A stretch of DNA of 64,000 bases from a virus (taxonomy: Duplodnaviria > Heunggongvirae > Uroviricota > Caudoviricetes). Below, in pieces: positions 1 to 7,346 of the stretch. Within the stretch, counting starts at the first letter, position 1. Every line of letters begins with the position of its first letter. Under the pieces are notes generated by a model that saw only the letters and a list, made by a program, of their open reading frames with translations, was not told where the DNA came from and did no database searches. The position numbers were made by a program, and so were the translations under genes. The stretch lies in the IMG/VR virus record IMGVR_UViG_3300046820_001896. The stretch is one strand, 5' to 3'.

Positions 1-149
1 GCGAAAAGCAAGTGTGCCAGCACCAGCGAATGTATCGAGTATGATTCTAAATGGTAACGTAGCAAAGAGGCCTTGCACTTTCTTCATACGGAAGCTAACA
101 TTGGTTCGAATCCAATCGTTACCACCAGTTGTTGATATATAATTAGTAC

Positions 150-224
150 GCCGGTTTAGCTCAGTGGTAGAGCAACCGCCTTGTAAGCGGTAGGTCGTCA
201 GTTCAATCCCGACAACCGGCACCA
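150..224 (+). tRNA. tRNA-Thr (anticodon TGT)
   Basis: Cloverleaf built by hand. Acceptor gccggtt/aaccggc, anticodon stem accgc/gcggt with loop cttgtaa, T-loop ttcaatc, 3' CCA encoded. Confidence 0.85.
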
Positions 225-232
225 AAGTTTTT

Positions 233-306
233 GCTCTATTCGTATATTGGTATTATATCGGTTTTGTAGTCCGACGAAGGTGGTTCGATTCCATCATGGA
301 GCACCA
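233..306 (+). tRNA. tRNA-like gene, paralogous scaffold to tRNA-Arg at 1124, probable anticodon TGT (loop tttgtag), degenerate
   Basis: Acceptor gctctat/atggagc pairs with two G-U. T-arm ggtgg-ttcgatt-ccatc is identical to the Arg gene. D-stem has only 3 bp, anticodon stem 4 bp plus one mismatch, variable loop 4 nt. Confidence 0.45.
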
Positions 307-316
307 ATAAATTTAT

Positions 317-393
317 CGGAGTGTAGCGCAGTCTGGTAGCGCACCTGGTTTGGGACCAGGGGGTCCAAGGTTCGAATCCTTGTACTCCGACCA
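317..393 (+). tRNA. tRNA-Pro (anticodon TGG)
   Basis: Acceptor cggagtg/tactccg, anticodon stem cctgg/ccagg with loop tttggga, T-arm caagg-ttcgaat-ccttg, CCA encoded. Confidence 0.85.
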
Positions 394-406
394 TTTAGGA
401 GTTAGT

Positions 407-598
407 ATGAGTGATGGTGGAAAAGGATGTAAACCAAGACCGTTTAGTGTATCACAAGATGAATATGATAAACGATGGGATACAATTTTTCAACGTGATC
501 TTCCAAAAGAAGAAAACGTTGAAGAAGTAAAAGATGAAAAAGAAGTAAAAATTAAAGCAACTATCCCAGATTTAAAAATCAAAGGTAGTGTAGATTAA
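407..598 (+). CDS. hypothetical small acidic protein (64 aa)
   Basis: The listed ORF 350-598 starts inside tRNA-Pro. ATG at 407 follows an RBS taggag. The sequence is Lys/Glu-rich. Confidence 0.45.
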   Translation: MSDGGKGCKPRPFSVSQDEYDKRWDTIFQRDLPKEENVEEVKDEKEVKIKATIPDLKIKGSVD

Positions 599-603
599 TA
601 TAT

Positions 604-679
604 GCGGGATTAGCTCAGTTGGTAGAGCGATACCTTGCCAAGGTATAGGTCGAGAGTTCGAGCCTCTTATCCCGCTCCA
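604..679 (+). tRNA. tRNA-Gly (anticodon GCC)
   Basis: Acceptor gcgggat/atcccgc, anticodon stem atacc/ggtat with loop ttgccaa, T-loop ttcgagc, CCA encoded. Confidence 0.85.
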
Positions 680-685
680 AATAAT

Positions 686-768
686 GCCCCGATGGTGGAA
701 TGGTAGACACGCTGGTCTTAGAAGCCAGTGCCTAGTGCGTGAGAGTTCGAGTCTCTCTTGGGGCACCA
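686..768 (+). tRNA. tRNA-Leu (anticodon TAG), type II with long variable arm
   Basis: Acceptor gccccga/ttggggc, anticodon loop cttagaa, long variable arm tgcctagtgcgtgag, T-arm gagag-ttcgagt-ctctc, CCA encoded. Confidence 0.85.
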
Positions 769-784
769 CATAATATAGGATGAT

Positions 785-1042
785 ATGATAAAGCCATTAC
801 GTAAGAACGTTATAATCGAAGAGATCGCTACTGAAAATGTATCGAGTTCAGGAATTATTCTACAAGGTAAACGCACTGATGTTAAACATTCAAAAGTGTT
901 AGCTATTGGAGATAACGTTACAGAAGTAAAAGTTGATGATGTAGTAGTAGTTGATTGGCAGTATGCATCAAAATCATCATATAAAGATAAAACGTTTTTT
1001 GTAATCGCAGAGGAAAATGTGATTGCAGTTGTAGAAGAATAA
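785..1042 (+). CDS. GroES-like co-chaperonin (functional analogue of T4 gp31)
   Basis: The 85-aa protein follows the GroES pattern (IKPL..V.I.....S.GIIL......H.KV.AIG.....VKV.D.VV). RBS aggatga precedes the start. Confidence 0.7.
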   Translation: MIKPLRKNVIIEEIATENVSSSGIILQGKRTDVKHSKVLAIGDNVTEVKVDDVVVVDWQYASKSSYKDKTFFVIAEENVIAVVEE

Positions 1043-1043
1043 T

Positions 1044-1119
1044 CCCAATTAAGCTAATCTAGTGAAAGCGCTGGTCTGAAAAGCCAGATAGTCTGGAGCG
1101 TAACCAGAAGTTGGGACCA
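1044..1119 (+). tRNA. tRNA-like element (76 nt, anticodon loop ctgaaaa = GAA) with non-canonical T-loop AGCGTAA
   Basis: 7-bp acceptor cccaatt/agttggg plus CCA. Anticodon stem ctggt/gccag. T-stem tctgg/ccaga is perfect but the loop agcgtaa lacks TTC, and the D-arm is atypical. Confidence 0.4.
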
Positions 1120-1123
1120 ATGC

Positions 1124-1198
1124 GCGCGATTAGTATAATGGACAATATTCGAGGCTACGAACTTCGAGATGGTGGTTCGATTCCATCATTGCGCACCA
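1124..1198 (+). tRNA. tRNA-Arg (anticodon ACG)
   Basis: Acceptor gcgcgat/attgcgc, D-stem gtat/atat, anticodon stem cgagg/cttcg with loop ctacgaa, T-arm ggtgg-ttcgatt-ccatc, CCA encoded. Confidence 0.8.
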
Positions 1199-1206
1199 GA
1201 GACAGT

Positions 1207-1301
1207 GCTCCTGTAGTTTAACGGTAAAACTCCAAGCTTATACCTTGGCGATGTCTCTAGATGAGGGAATGATATCGGTTCGAATCCGGTCGGGAGTACC
1301 A
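1207..1301 (+). tRNA. type-II-like tRNA (95 nt) with anticodon TAT and a 25-nt variable region; identity uncertain (Ile-UAU-like or a mutated Leu scaffold)
   Basis: Acceptor gctcctg/cgggagt with two G-U pairs. D-arm gttt-aacggta-aaac. Perfect anticodon stem ccaag/cttgg with loop cttatac. T-arm atcgg-ttcgaat-ccggt. Discriminator is A and CCA is encoded. Confidence 0.55.
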
Positions 1302-1309
1302 AAGTACTA

Positions 1310-1340
1310 CATGTACAAATTGTGTTGAATGTGATATAAT
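1310..1340 (+). promoter_or_regulatory. sigma70-like early promoter, member of reiterated family (cATGTACA -35-like, 17-nt spacer, TGtGaTATAAT extended -10)
   Basis: catgtaca at 1310-1317 and tataat at 1335-1340. The same architecture recurs about 10 times in the window, each time 20-45 nt upstream of a plus-strand ATG. Confidence 0.6.
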
Positions 1341-1365
1341 AGATTATACATTGTAAAGGAATAAT

Positions 1366-1941
1366 ATGCAAATCAATCTTCGTAAAGCAAACGCTATTCA
1401 GTCTGAAATCCGCAAGGCAATCAGCAGCGTAAAGGTAGAAAATAACATCACAGTAAGTGAATTCACTAGTGATGTAGATGCAGCTTTGAGTAAAGGTGCA
1501 TTAGAGTTCAACCAAGCGGTTGAACGTAAAGAAGCGCTTAACGATGCGCTATTCCAAATTCGTGCTGCAGTTGGTCGTGCAAACGCATCTGCAGGTATTA
1601 GCGATCTTTTGGCTGAAGTTGAAAACTTCGATGCGAAGATCAACCTAAAAACAGTTGTTGCAACAAGCACACCACGTAAAGAGATCACAGAGATCAATGC
1701 ACGTATCGTGAAAGCTAAGTCTGCTACTGGCGATAGAATGTCACTGTATGGTGATCGTCTAAGCAACGTAGAAACTGGTGTTGCAACAGAAGAAGCTATT
1801 CGCGTAGCTAAAGAGGAAGTAAAACGCCTTAAGCGCGAAAAGCAAGCATTAAGCGATAAGCTTTTGCAGTTGAATGTCAATACTCTAATTGAGTTGACAG
1901 ATAAAACAAAGGTAACTTTGACTGCAGAAGGCATTATCTAA
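1366..1941 (+). CDS. hypothetical protein (191 aa, predicted alpha-helical)
   Basis: RBS aaagga 8 nt upstream, and the promoter at 1310-1340 precedes it. The overlapping minus ORF 1398-1934 is rejected. Confidence 0.6.
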   Translation: MQINLRKANAIQSEIRKAISSVKVENNITVSEFTSDVDAALSKGALEFNQAVERKEALNDALFQIRAAVGRANASAGISDLLAEVENFDAKINLKTVVATSTPRKEITEINARIVKAKSATGDRMSLYGDRLSNVETGVATEEAIRVAKEEVKRLKREKQALSDKLLQLNVNTLIELTDKTKVTLTAEGII

Positions 1942-1944
1942 AGT

Positions 1945-2205
1945 TTTGAAGATAGTGATGATAGGAGAGCCTTGCATTTTGACAAGCGCACAAAACTATC
2001 CATTACTGGATAGGTTTAAGCCCTGAAAGCTTAATCCGAACAATCGACCAACTTATACATAATTGCTCTCGAATAACATGACTCGAAAAGTCGCTGCTTA
2101 TTGCTCTCGAGAACCAATTGTTTGTGGTCTGCTTATTGCAAATTGCTTAATGCAGATTGCTGAGCGACTTGTCGCAGGTTTGAATTGATTCATTATCTTC
2201 ATCTT
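1945..2205. repeat. non-coding region with short direct repeats (ttgctctcgaRaac x2, cttattgc x3) and hairpin gcgac-ttg-tcgc
   Basis: No ORF with a start and RBS in 260 bp. Repeats seen by eye. It sits between a CDS and tRNA-Trp. Confidence 0.4.
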
Positions 2206-2210
2206 AATAT

Positions 2211-2284
2211 GTCTCGGTGGTGTAATGGCAGCACTGCGGTCTCCAAAACCGTTAGTGGGGGTTCGAGTCCCTCCCGGGATGCCA
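2211..2284 (+). tRNA. tRNA-Trp (anticodon CCA)
   Basis: Acceptor gtctcgg/ccgggat, anticodon stem gcggt/accgt with loop ctccaaa, T-arm ggggg-ttcgagt-ccctc, CCA encoded. Confidence 0.8.
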
Positions 2285-2341
2285 AACAATGGCGTGGGTA
2301 GCAAGGAAAGATAGATTAGATTCTACACCTGCGTCGCCAAT

Positions 2342-2415
2342 GCGGGATTAGTTTAGTGGTAAAACGACATCCTTCCAAGTTGTAGTTGCGAGTTCGATTC
2401 TCGCATCCCGCTCCA
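2342..2415 (+). tRNA. tRNA-Gly (anticodon TCC)
   Basis: Perfect acceptor gcgggat/atcccgc. Anticodon stem acatc/gttgt has one internal mismatch, loop cttccaa. T-arm gcgag-ttcgatt-ctcgc, CCA encoded. Confidence 0.7.
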
Positions 2416-2443
2416 ATAAAGAATTGCTGCTAATTTTTAAAGA

Positions 2444-2677
2444 ATGTTTTATATAATAACTAAAGATGGTTTCACATTGAATGCTAGTCCAACGTTGGAT
2501 GATGCAATGATTTTTGCTAAACATTATGGACGGTTTGTAACCATCAAAGGGAAAGATTTTGAAGCATGTGGTGTATTTGGCGTAGATTCTATTAAAGACG
2601 GAATATGTCCAGATGGCATTGCATATGATTGGAATAAAAAATCACGCATTGGTCGTGTAAAGAAAGAACGTAAATGA
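2444..2677 (+). CDS. hypothetical protein (77 aa)
   Basis: ORF lying between tRNA genes, with a basic C-terminus. Confidence 0.45.
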   Translation: MFYIITKDGFTLNASPTLDDAMIFAKHYGRFVTIKGKDFEACGVFGVDSIKDGICPDGIAYDWNKKSRIGRVKKERK

Positions 2678-2705
2678 AACGAAAACATAAACCTCGAAAA
2701 CCTAT

Positions 2706-2780
2706 GGGGGTATAACTTAACGGCTAAAGTACCTGGCTTTTAACCAGATAATCAGAGTTCGATTCTCTGTGCCCCTACCA
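2706..2780 (+). tRNA. tRNA-Lys (anticodon TTT)
   Basis: Acceptor gggggta/tgcccct, D-stem actt/aagt, anticodon loop cttttaa, T-arm cagag-ttcgatt-ctctg, CCA encoded. Confidence 0.8.
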
Positions 2781-2818
2781 TAAATCAAAGTATATTCACT
2801 GAGTGTATTTCGATCTAT

Positions 2819-2892
2819 GGTGTTAGTAGTGTAGTGGCTGCACGATTGTCTGTGAAACAATAAGAGAGGGTTCGATTCCCCCTTTCACCCCA
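2819..2892 (+). tRNA. tRNA-His (anticodon GTG), with extra 5' G pairing to C73
   Basis: Perfect anticodon stem attgt/acaat with loop ctgtgaa. T-arm gaggg-ttcgatt-ccccc. Acceptor has two internal T-T mismatches and the CCA is only partly encoded. Confidence 0.55.
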
Positions 2893-2900
2893 AAATTTAT

Positions 2901-2974
2901 GCCTCGGTAGTTTAAAAGTAGAACACCCTCCTTACAAGTGGAAGACGGCGGAGCGTTACCGCAACGAGGTACCA
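2901..2974 (+). tRNA. tRNA-like element or pseudo-tRNA with non-canonical T-loop AGCGTTA (same oddity as 1044-1119)
   Basis: Acceptor gcctcgg/acgaggt gives 6 of 7 bp, followed by A-CCA. T-stem ggcgg/ccgca. No good anticodon stem could be formed (candidate loop cttacaa). Confidence 0.3.
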
Positions 2975-3010
2975 AGATAAATAGTTAGAAGAGAAACAAA
3001 TGAGGTAGTT

Positions 3011-3568
3011 ATGAATGTGCTGGCATTAGACGTAGGTGGAATTCCACGTCAATGGTTAAACTTAGAACAAGCTATATTGTATCAAGCTAAAGGCCAAGTT
3101 GCTTGGTCTCTTGGTGATACAATCGCGAAGTTTCGTGGAGGTGTACAGAATGATGGAACAGAATCAATTCTTGAAACACCTTCTATCATCGCCATTAAAG
3201 GTGGTGAAGGTTTTAATCCAGCGAAGTTTGGTACAGTGGTTCTTAGCAATAAGACATTATTTGGTAGAGATCGTCATGTCTGCGCCTACTGCGGTAATCA
3301 TTTTACTTCTAATCATCTTTCCCGTGATCATATCGTTCCTATGTCACGTGGTGGTGAGAATAAGTGGATGAACGTAGTAACATCTTGCAAGAAATGTAAC
3401 TCACAAAAGAGTGACAAATCTTTGAAAGAAGCAGGTTTAGAGTTACTGTACATGCCTTACGAACCAAATCACTACGAACATATTATCCTTCAGAACCGCA
3501 ATATTCTTGCAGATCAAATGGATTATCTTCGGACAGGTGTACCAAAACATTCACGTGTTTTGTCTTAA
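3011..3568 (+). CDS. HNH homing endonuclease
   Basis: HNH motif CAYCG...SRDHIVPMSRGGENKWMNVVTSCKKCNSQK. RBS gaggtag precedes the start. Located in a tRNA cluster, as T4 segB is. Confidence 0.8.
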   Translation: MNVLALDVGGIPRQWLNLEQAILYQAKGQVAWSLGDTIAKFRGGVQNDGTESILETPSIIAIKGGEGFNPAKFGTVVLSNKTLFGRDRHVCAYCGNHFTSNHLSRDHIVPMSRGGENKWMNVVTSCKKCNSQKSDKSLKEAGLELLYMPYEPNHYEHIILQNRNILADQMDYLRTGVPKHSRVLS

Positions 3569-3577
3569 ATCAACGAA

Positions 3578-3602
3578 TGGAGGCTTATGCCTCCATTTTT
3601 TT
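3578..3602 (+). terminator. rho-independent terminator
   Basis: Hairpin tggaggc-ttat-gcctcca followed by TTTTTTT. Confidence 0.75.
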
Positions 3603-3616
3603 GGATATATAATATT

Positions 3617-4162
3617 ATGAAAAGCTATATTTCTGTATTTGATAATGTTCTTGAAGAAGACTTTTGTAAAAATCTTCGAGAGAAATTTGAACGAAGTAAA
3701 GATGTTTGGGTTAGACGTGACGATAAGTTTAAAACATTTAATGAGATCAACTTCGGTCAATATCCAATTTTTGCTGAAGAGCAAAATACTATTCTTTCTA
3801 AAGTTCAGCCATACGTACAAAAGTACTGTGAGCAATGGGATATTAAATTTTTCCCAGAACAAATTGGCTTCGAACAAGTGCGTATGAAAAAATACGAAGT
3901 CGGTGGAAAAGAAGAGTTTCGCCATCACGTTGACGTAGGCGATTATGCATCTGCTCGACGTTTTCTTGTCATGTTTTTTTATCTCAATAATGTTGCTGAA
4001 GGCGGTGAAACTGCTTTCATTGGTATTAATGACGATCAACGGGTTTCACCCAAAACAGGTCGCTTGCTAATGTTTCCACCAATGTGGACACATCCTCATG
4101 CAGGTTTGCCACCTATCACCAATCCAAAATATATCGTAGGTACATACCTGCATTATACCTAA
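3617..4162 (+). CDS. 2OG-Fe(II) oxygenase superfamily protein (prolyl-4-hydroxylase-like)
   Basis: HHVD ... GGETAF ... RLLMFP..H spacing matches the HxD...H iron-binding triad. The listed ORF start 3587 lies inside the terminator, so ATG 3617 is used. Confidence 0.6.
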   Translation: MKSYISVFDNVLEEDFCKNLREKFERSKDVWVRRDDKFKTFNEINFGQYPIFAEEQNTILSKVQPYVQKYCEQWDIKFFPEQIGFEQVRMKKYEVGGKEEFRHHVDVGDYASARRFLVMFFYLNNVAEGGETAFIGINDDQRVSPKTGRLLMFPPMWTHPHAGLPPITNPKYIVGTYLHYT

Positions 4163-4172
4163 AGTACTACAT

Positions 4173-4200
4173 GTACAGCAGGATATTTTTGTGGTATAAT
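4173..4200 (+). promoter_or_regulatory. sigma70-like early promoter of the catgtaca...tgtggtataat family
   Basis: tgtaca at 4173-4178, 16-nt spacer, tgtggtataat with tataat at 4195-4200. The flanking aaagtactacatgtaca is identical to that at 1301-1317. Confidence 0.6.
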
Positions 4201-4224
4201 ATAACCTATACTTAAGGAATAATA

Positions 4225-5157
4225 ATGCGTATTGCAGTAGCCAGTGATGTGCACCTAGAATTTGGTCCACTACTATTAAAAAATGAACAGAATGCAGATG
4301 TGCTTATCTTGAGTGGTGACATCTGCACAGCTAAAGGTCTTGACTATGCTGCAGGAAGCGGCATGTATGGTGATACGTATTCTACTTCTAAAAATCAACG
4401 ATTCATCGACTTCTTCAAAGCAATAACATTTCAATTTCCTCATGTGATCTATGTGTTAGGAAATCACGAGAGCTACAACTTTGATATCAAGTACACAGCT
4501 AAACACATCAAAGAACAGTTGCAACAATTCACAAACTTGTATGTTCTTGATGATGAATGTAAAAAAATTGATGATGTAACTTTCATCGGTGGTACCATGT
4601 GGACTGATATGAATAAAGAAGATCCACTAACATTATTTCATATCAAGAGCAGAATGAATGACTTCCGCGTTATCAAAAATGGTAATCGTGAAGTATTTCG
4701 CACTGTACCAATCTATGAATACAATGAAGATGGTAGCTTAAAGAAAGATGAGAATGGCTACAATATCCCAATTGGTCATAAGAAAAAGGCTGAAGTAGCA
4801 TCATTTAGCCCAGAAGATTCTGTTGAAATGCATAAAAGATTTAAACAGTATGTCGAAGTAGTTACAGATTTTTTAGGTGAGAATCCTAACAAATATGTTG
4901 TATGTACACATCATAGTCCTAGTTTTCAAAGTATGGCTCCATGGTATGCGAACGATCAACTAATGAATGGTGCATATCATAGTAATTTAGAAGAATTGAT
5001 GGAACGTCGTCCATGTATCAAATTGTGGACACATGGACATACACATGAACCATTCGACTATATGGTACACAACACAAGAGTTGTTTGTAATCCACGTGGT
5101 TATATTGGTCATGAACAACGCGCAAGAGATTTTGAATTAAAATACGTGGACGTTTAA
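4225..5157 (+). CDS. calcineurin-like metallophosphoesterase
   Basis: Motifs DVHLE, GDI, GNHE, HH, GHTH. Confidence 0.8.
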   Translation: MRIAVASDVHLEFGPLLLKNEQNADVLILSGDICTAKGLDYAAGSGMYGDTYSTSKNQRFIDFFKAITFQFPHVIYVLGNHESYNFDIKYTAKHIKEQLQQFTNLYVLDDECKKIDDVTFIGGTMWTDMNKEDPLTLFHIKSRMNDFRVIKNGNREVFRTVPIYEYNEDGSLKKDENGYNIPIGHKKKAEVASFSPEDSVEMHKRFKQYVEVVTDFLGENPNKYVVCTHHSPSFQSMAPWYANDQLMNGAYHSNLEELMERRPCIKLWTHGHTHEPFDYMVHNTRVVCNPRGYIGHEQRARDFELKYVDV

Positions 5158-5604
5158 ATGGTAAACAAATCTTGGGTATTAGATGTGCATGAAGGTGAAG
5201 ACGGTGATAAATACATAGTCTTCACCGAAGAAATGCTTGAGGCCTCTGGATTTAAATTAGGTGATGAACTTGATTGGATTAATAATCATGATGGGAGTTG
5301 GACTTTGACTAAGAAACAAGATAAAGTATGGGTAATGGTTGAGTGTGTATCTACATTTCGTATGCGATACATGGTTGAAGCACCAGCAGATCATCCAGAA
5401 TATGCGCTAGATGATGTAACTATGGAAACTGCAAAAGAGTTTTCACAAGAGTTTATCGGTGAACAAATTATGTCTCATCGAGTAGTTACCGAAAAGCAAG
5501 CTTTAGAAATCTGCGATATAGATAACAACTATTGTCAAGATTGGACTAAAGCTCAAAAAATCAAAGCATTCTTTACTAAAGAAGGCGAAAAGAAGGATTA
5601 TTAA
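5158..5604 (+). CDS. hypothetical protein
   Basis: ORF directly adjacent to the stop of the upstream gene. Confidence 0.5.
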   Translation: MVNKSWVLDVHEGEDGDKYIVFTEEMLEASGFKLGDELDWINNHDGSWTLTKKQDKVWVMVECVSTFRMRYMVEAPADHPEYALDDVTMETAKEFSQEFIGEQIMSHRVVTEKQALEICDIDNNYCQDWTKAQKIKAFFTKEGEKKDY

Positions 5605-5825
5605 TGGGTGATATTCTACACGGTGCAATGGGTAACGAAAATGAACGTCGTTATAAACAAGCAGTCGAAAGATTGAGCACAAAAGGATATGAAGAAATTT
5701 ATTTGTTATTAAAAGATATTCAAATGGATGTACAAACTTTGTATTATGATGAACGCCTTTCACTCACAAGAAATCAATGGGCTGCAATTTCTCGAATTCA
5801 TAATATAATGAAAGATTTGACATGA
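5604..5825 (+). CDS. hypothetical protein (73 aa)
   Basis: ORF with a start/stop overlap of the neighbouring gene. Confidence 0.45.
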   Translation: MGDILHGAMGNENERRYKQAVERLSTKGYEEIYLLLKDIQMDVQTLYYDERLSLTRNQWAAISRIHNIMKDLT

Positions 5826-6520
5826 AAGTAAATATTGGTCCATATGTAAATTGGGTTGGACCGTATCAAATCGCTGATAAAATTTTTTTCTGGGTTGAAA
5901 AATATCCAGAGGAAGAACTTGAAAATCGTTGGGATTATAAACTTCATGATAAGTTTGGCACATGGTTAGCTTCTACTTGGGTTGCAGATTTTTGCCAGTG
6001 GGTTCATAATTTCCAAAAACGAAAAGTAAAAGTAAAGATTGATTATTACGATCATTGGTCGTGTGATGCAACACTAGCACCAATCGTTTTACCATTACTT
6101 AAAAGCCTTAAAGAACACAAACATGGATCAGGTTATATTGAATTAGAAGATGTACCTGAAGCTATGCGTTTAACTAGCACAGAAGATTATGATGCTCAAT
6201 CAACATTTGAGTTTTATAATGATCCTGATTTAACGCGTCAAAATATTCAGTGTGATATTCATACTCGTTATGAATGGGTATTAGATGAAATGATTTGGGC
6301 ATTTGAACAGCTCAATGATGATAATTGGGAAGAACAATATTGGATCACACATCCAGAGATTGACTTTACTGAGTATCCAGAAGACGAAGGTAAAACTTCA
6401 AAACCGCTTCGTTGGAAAGTTAAAGGTGAATGTGATTGGGTAGGACGTCAGAAACATCAAGATCGTATCAATAATGGACTGCGTTTATTTGGTAAGTATT
6501 TTCAAACTTTATGGGATTAA
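5822..6520 (+). CDS. hypothetical protein (232 aa, Trp-rich)
   Basis: ORF with ATGA overlap of the upstream gene. Confidence 0.55.
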   Translation: MKVNIGPYVNWVGPYQIADKIFFWVEKYPEEELENRWDYKLHDKFGTWLASTWVADFCQWVHNFQKRKVKVKIDYYDHWSCDATLAPIVLPLLKSLKEHKHGSGYIELEDVPEAMRLTSTEDYDAQSTFEFYNDPDLTRQNIQCDIHTRYEWVLDEMIWAFEQLNDDNWEEQYWITHPEIDFTEYPEDEGKTSKPLRWKVKGECDWVGRQKHQDRINNGLRLFGKYFQTLWD

Positions 6521-6708
6521 TTATGTTAAAACTTTTATTCGTTGTTGCAATTGTTGTTATCATTATTGCATGTGGTCCAATCGCAACTATTCTATCGCTA
6601 AACACACTGTTTAATCTTGCAATTCCTATTACATTTGATACATGGATCTCTGCATTTTGGTTAGCAGCAGTGGTTGGTGGAACAATCAGTTATTCAAAGA
6701 GCAAATAA
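6511..6708 (+). CDS. small membrane protein with 2-3 predicted TM helices, holin candidate
   Basis: 65 aa and hydrophobic. It begins a run of small membrane ORFs upstream of the PAAR and endolysin genes. Confidence 0.35.
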   Translation: MGLIMLKLLFVVAIVVIIIACGPIATILSLNTLFNLAIPITFDTWISAFWLAAVVGGTISYSKSK

Positions 6709-7043
6709 TGGATCTACTAATTGGTATAGTAACAGGAGTTATATTAACTCTTATTGTGTTAAATATTCTTGCTAAAGCTGTTGATGAAATTAGAAATAAA
6801 CAACTCGACAAGAAACTAGAAGAAGGGTTACAAAAGCTTAGAGAAGTTGTAATTCCTAGTCGCATCGAAGTAGTCAATGGCATGTTGTTTTTGTACAACA
6901 AAGAAAATGGCGAATTCATAGCACAAGGTAAAAACTTCATTGAGTTAAACGATAATGCAAAAGCTCGTTATCCTGAGAAACTATTTAATGTACCTCAAAA
7001 CGAGATTGATGCAGTAACTAAAGGAATATCAATAAAGGTATGA
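6708..7043 (+). CDS. N-terminal TM plus coiled-coil protein (i-spanin-like)
   Basis: Internal start MDLLIGIVTG at 6708 overlaps the preceding stop (taATGg). One TM helix followed by a helical periplasmic region. Confidence 0.4.
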   Translation: MDLLIGIVTGVILTLIVLNILAKAVDEIRNKQLDKKLEEGLQKLREVVIPSRIEVVNGMLFLYNKENGEFIAQGKNFIELNDNAKARYPEKLFNVPQNEIDAVTKGISIKV

Positions 7044-7315
7044 TTAACGATAATAAATTTTATACGATAGTTGTAGCTATTACTATTTTACTTGGTGGAT
7101 GCATTGCATGGGGAATTATTTCAAGTAATAATCGTGCAGAAGCTGTTAAGTTGGCTTTAGAAAAAGGTCAAAATCCATTATATGTTAAGTGTTCAATGAA
7201 TACTACAACAACAGAAGAGTGCCAATCTATGATTATGGCTATGTCACTCTCAGGTCAATTTAAGGACGCCTCAGCTCCTATTTCAGTCTCACCAGCAAGT
7301 TACCCTAAAAAGTAA
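7040..7315 (+). CDS. putative lipoprotein (o-spanin candidate)
   Basis: Signal peptide with LLGGC lipobox. Start overlaps the upstream gene (ATGA). Confidence 0.35.
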   Translation: MINDNKFYTIVVAITILLGGCIAWGIISSNNRAEAVKLALEKGQNPLYVKCSMNTTTTEECQSMIMAMSLSGQFKDASAPISVSPASYPKK

Positions 7316-7346
7316 TATAAATACAGATATCTAAAAGGATATCTGT
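7316..7346 (+). promoter_or_regulatory. T4-type late promoter motif TATAAATA (7316-7323) followed by perfect 9-bp inverted repeat acagatatc/gatatctgt that covers the RBS
   Basis: TATAAATA, then hairpin 7323-7346 with a 6-nt loop containing aaagg, then ATG at 7347. Confidence 0.5.

Noticed and set aside
350-406. 5' extension of ORF 350-598
   Set aside because: It begins inside tRNA-Pro. The internal ATG 407 with RBS taggag is used instead.
572-769. 65-aa minus ORF
   Set aside because: It lies across tRNA-Gly and tRNA-Leu.
1186-1371. minus ORF
   Set aside because: It overlaps the tRNA-Arg and type-II tRNA genes and a promoter.
1398-1934. 178-aa minus-strand ORF fully overlapping the plus CDS 1366-1941
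   Set aside because: The plus ORF has an RBS and a promoter and fits the local gene direction. The minus ORF is an Ala/Ser-rich shadow frame with no start context.
2098-2304. minus ORF
   Set aside because: It overlaps tRNA-Trp and has no RBS.
3099-3371. plus ORF in alternate frame inside the HNH gene
   Set aside because: Frame shadow of the HNH gene.
3551-4039. minus ORF
   Set aside because: It lies inside the 2OG oxygenase gene and across the terminator.
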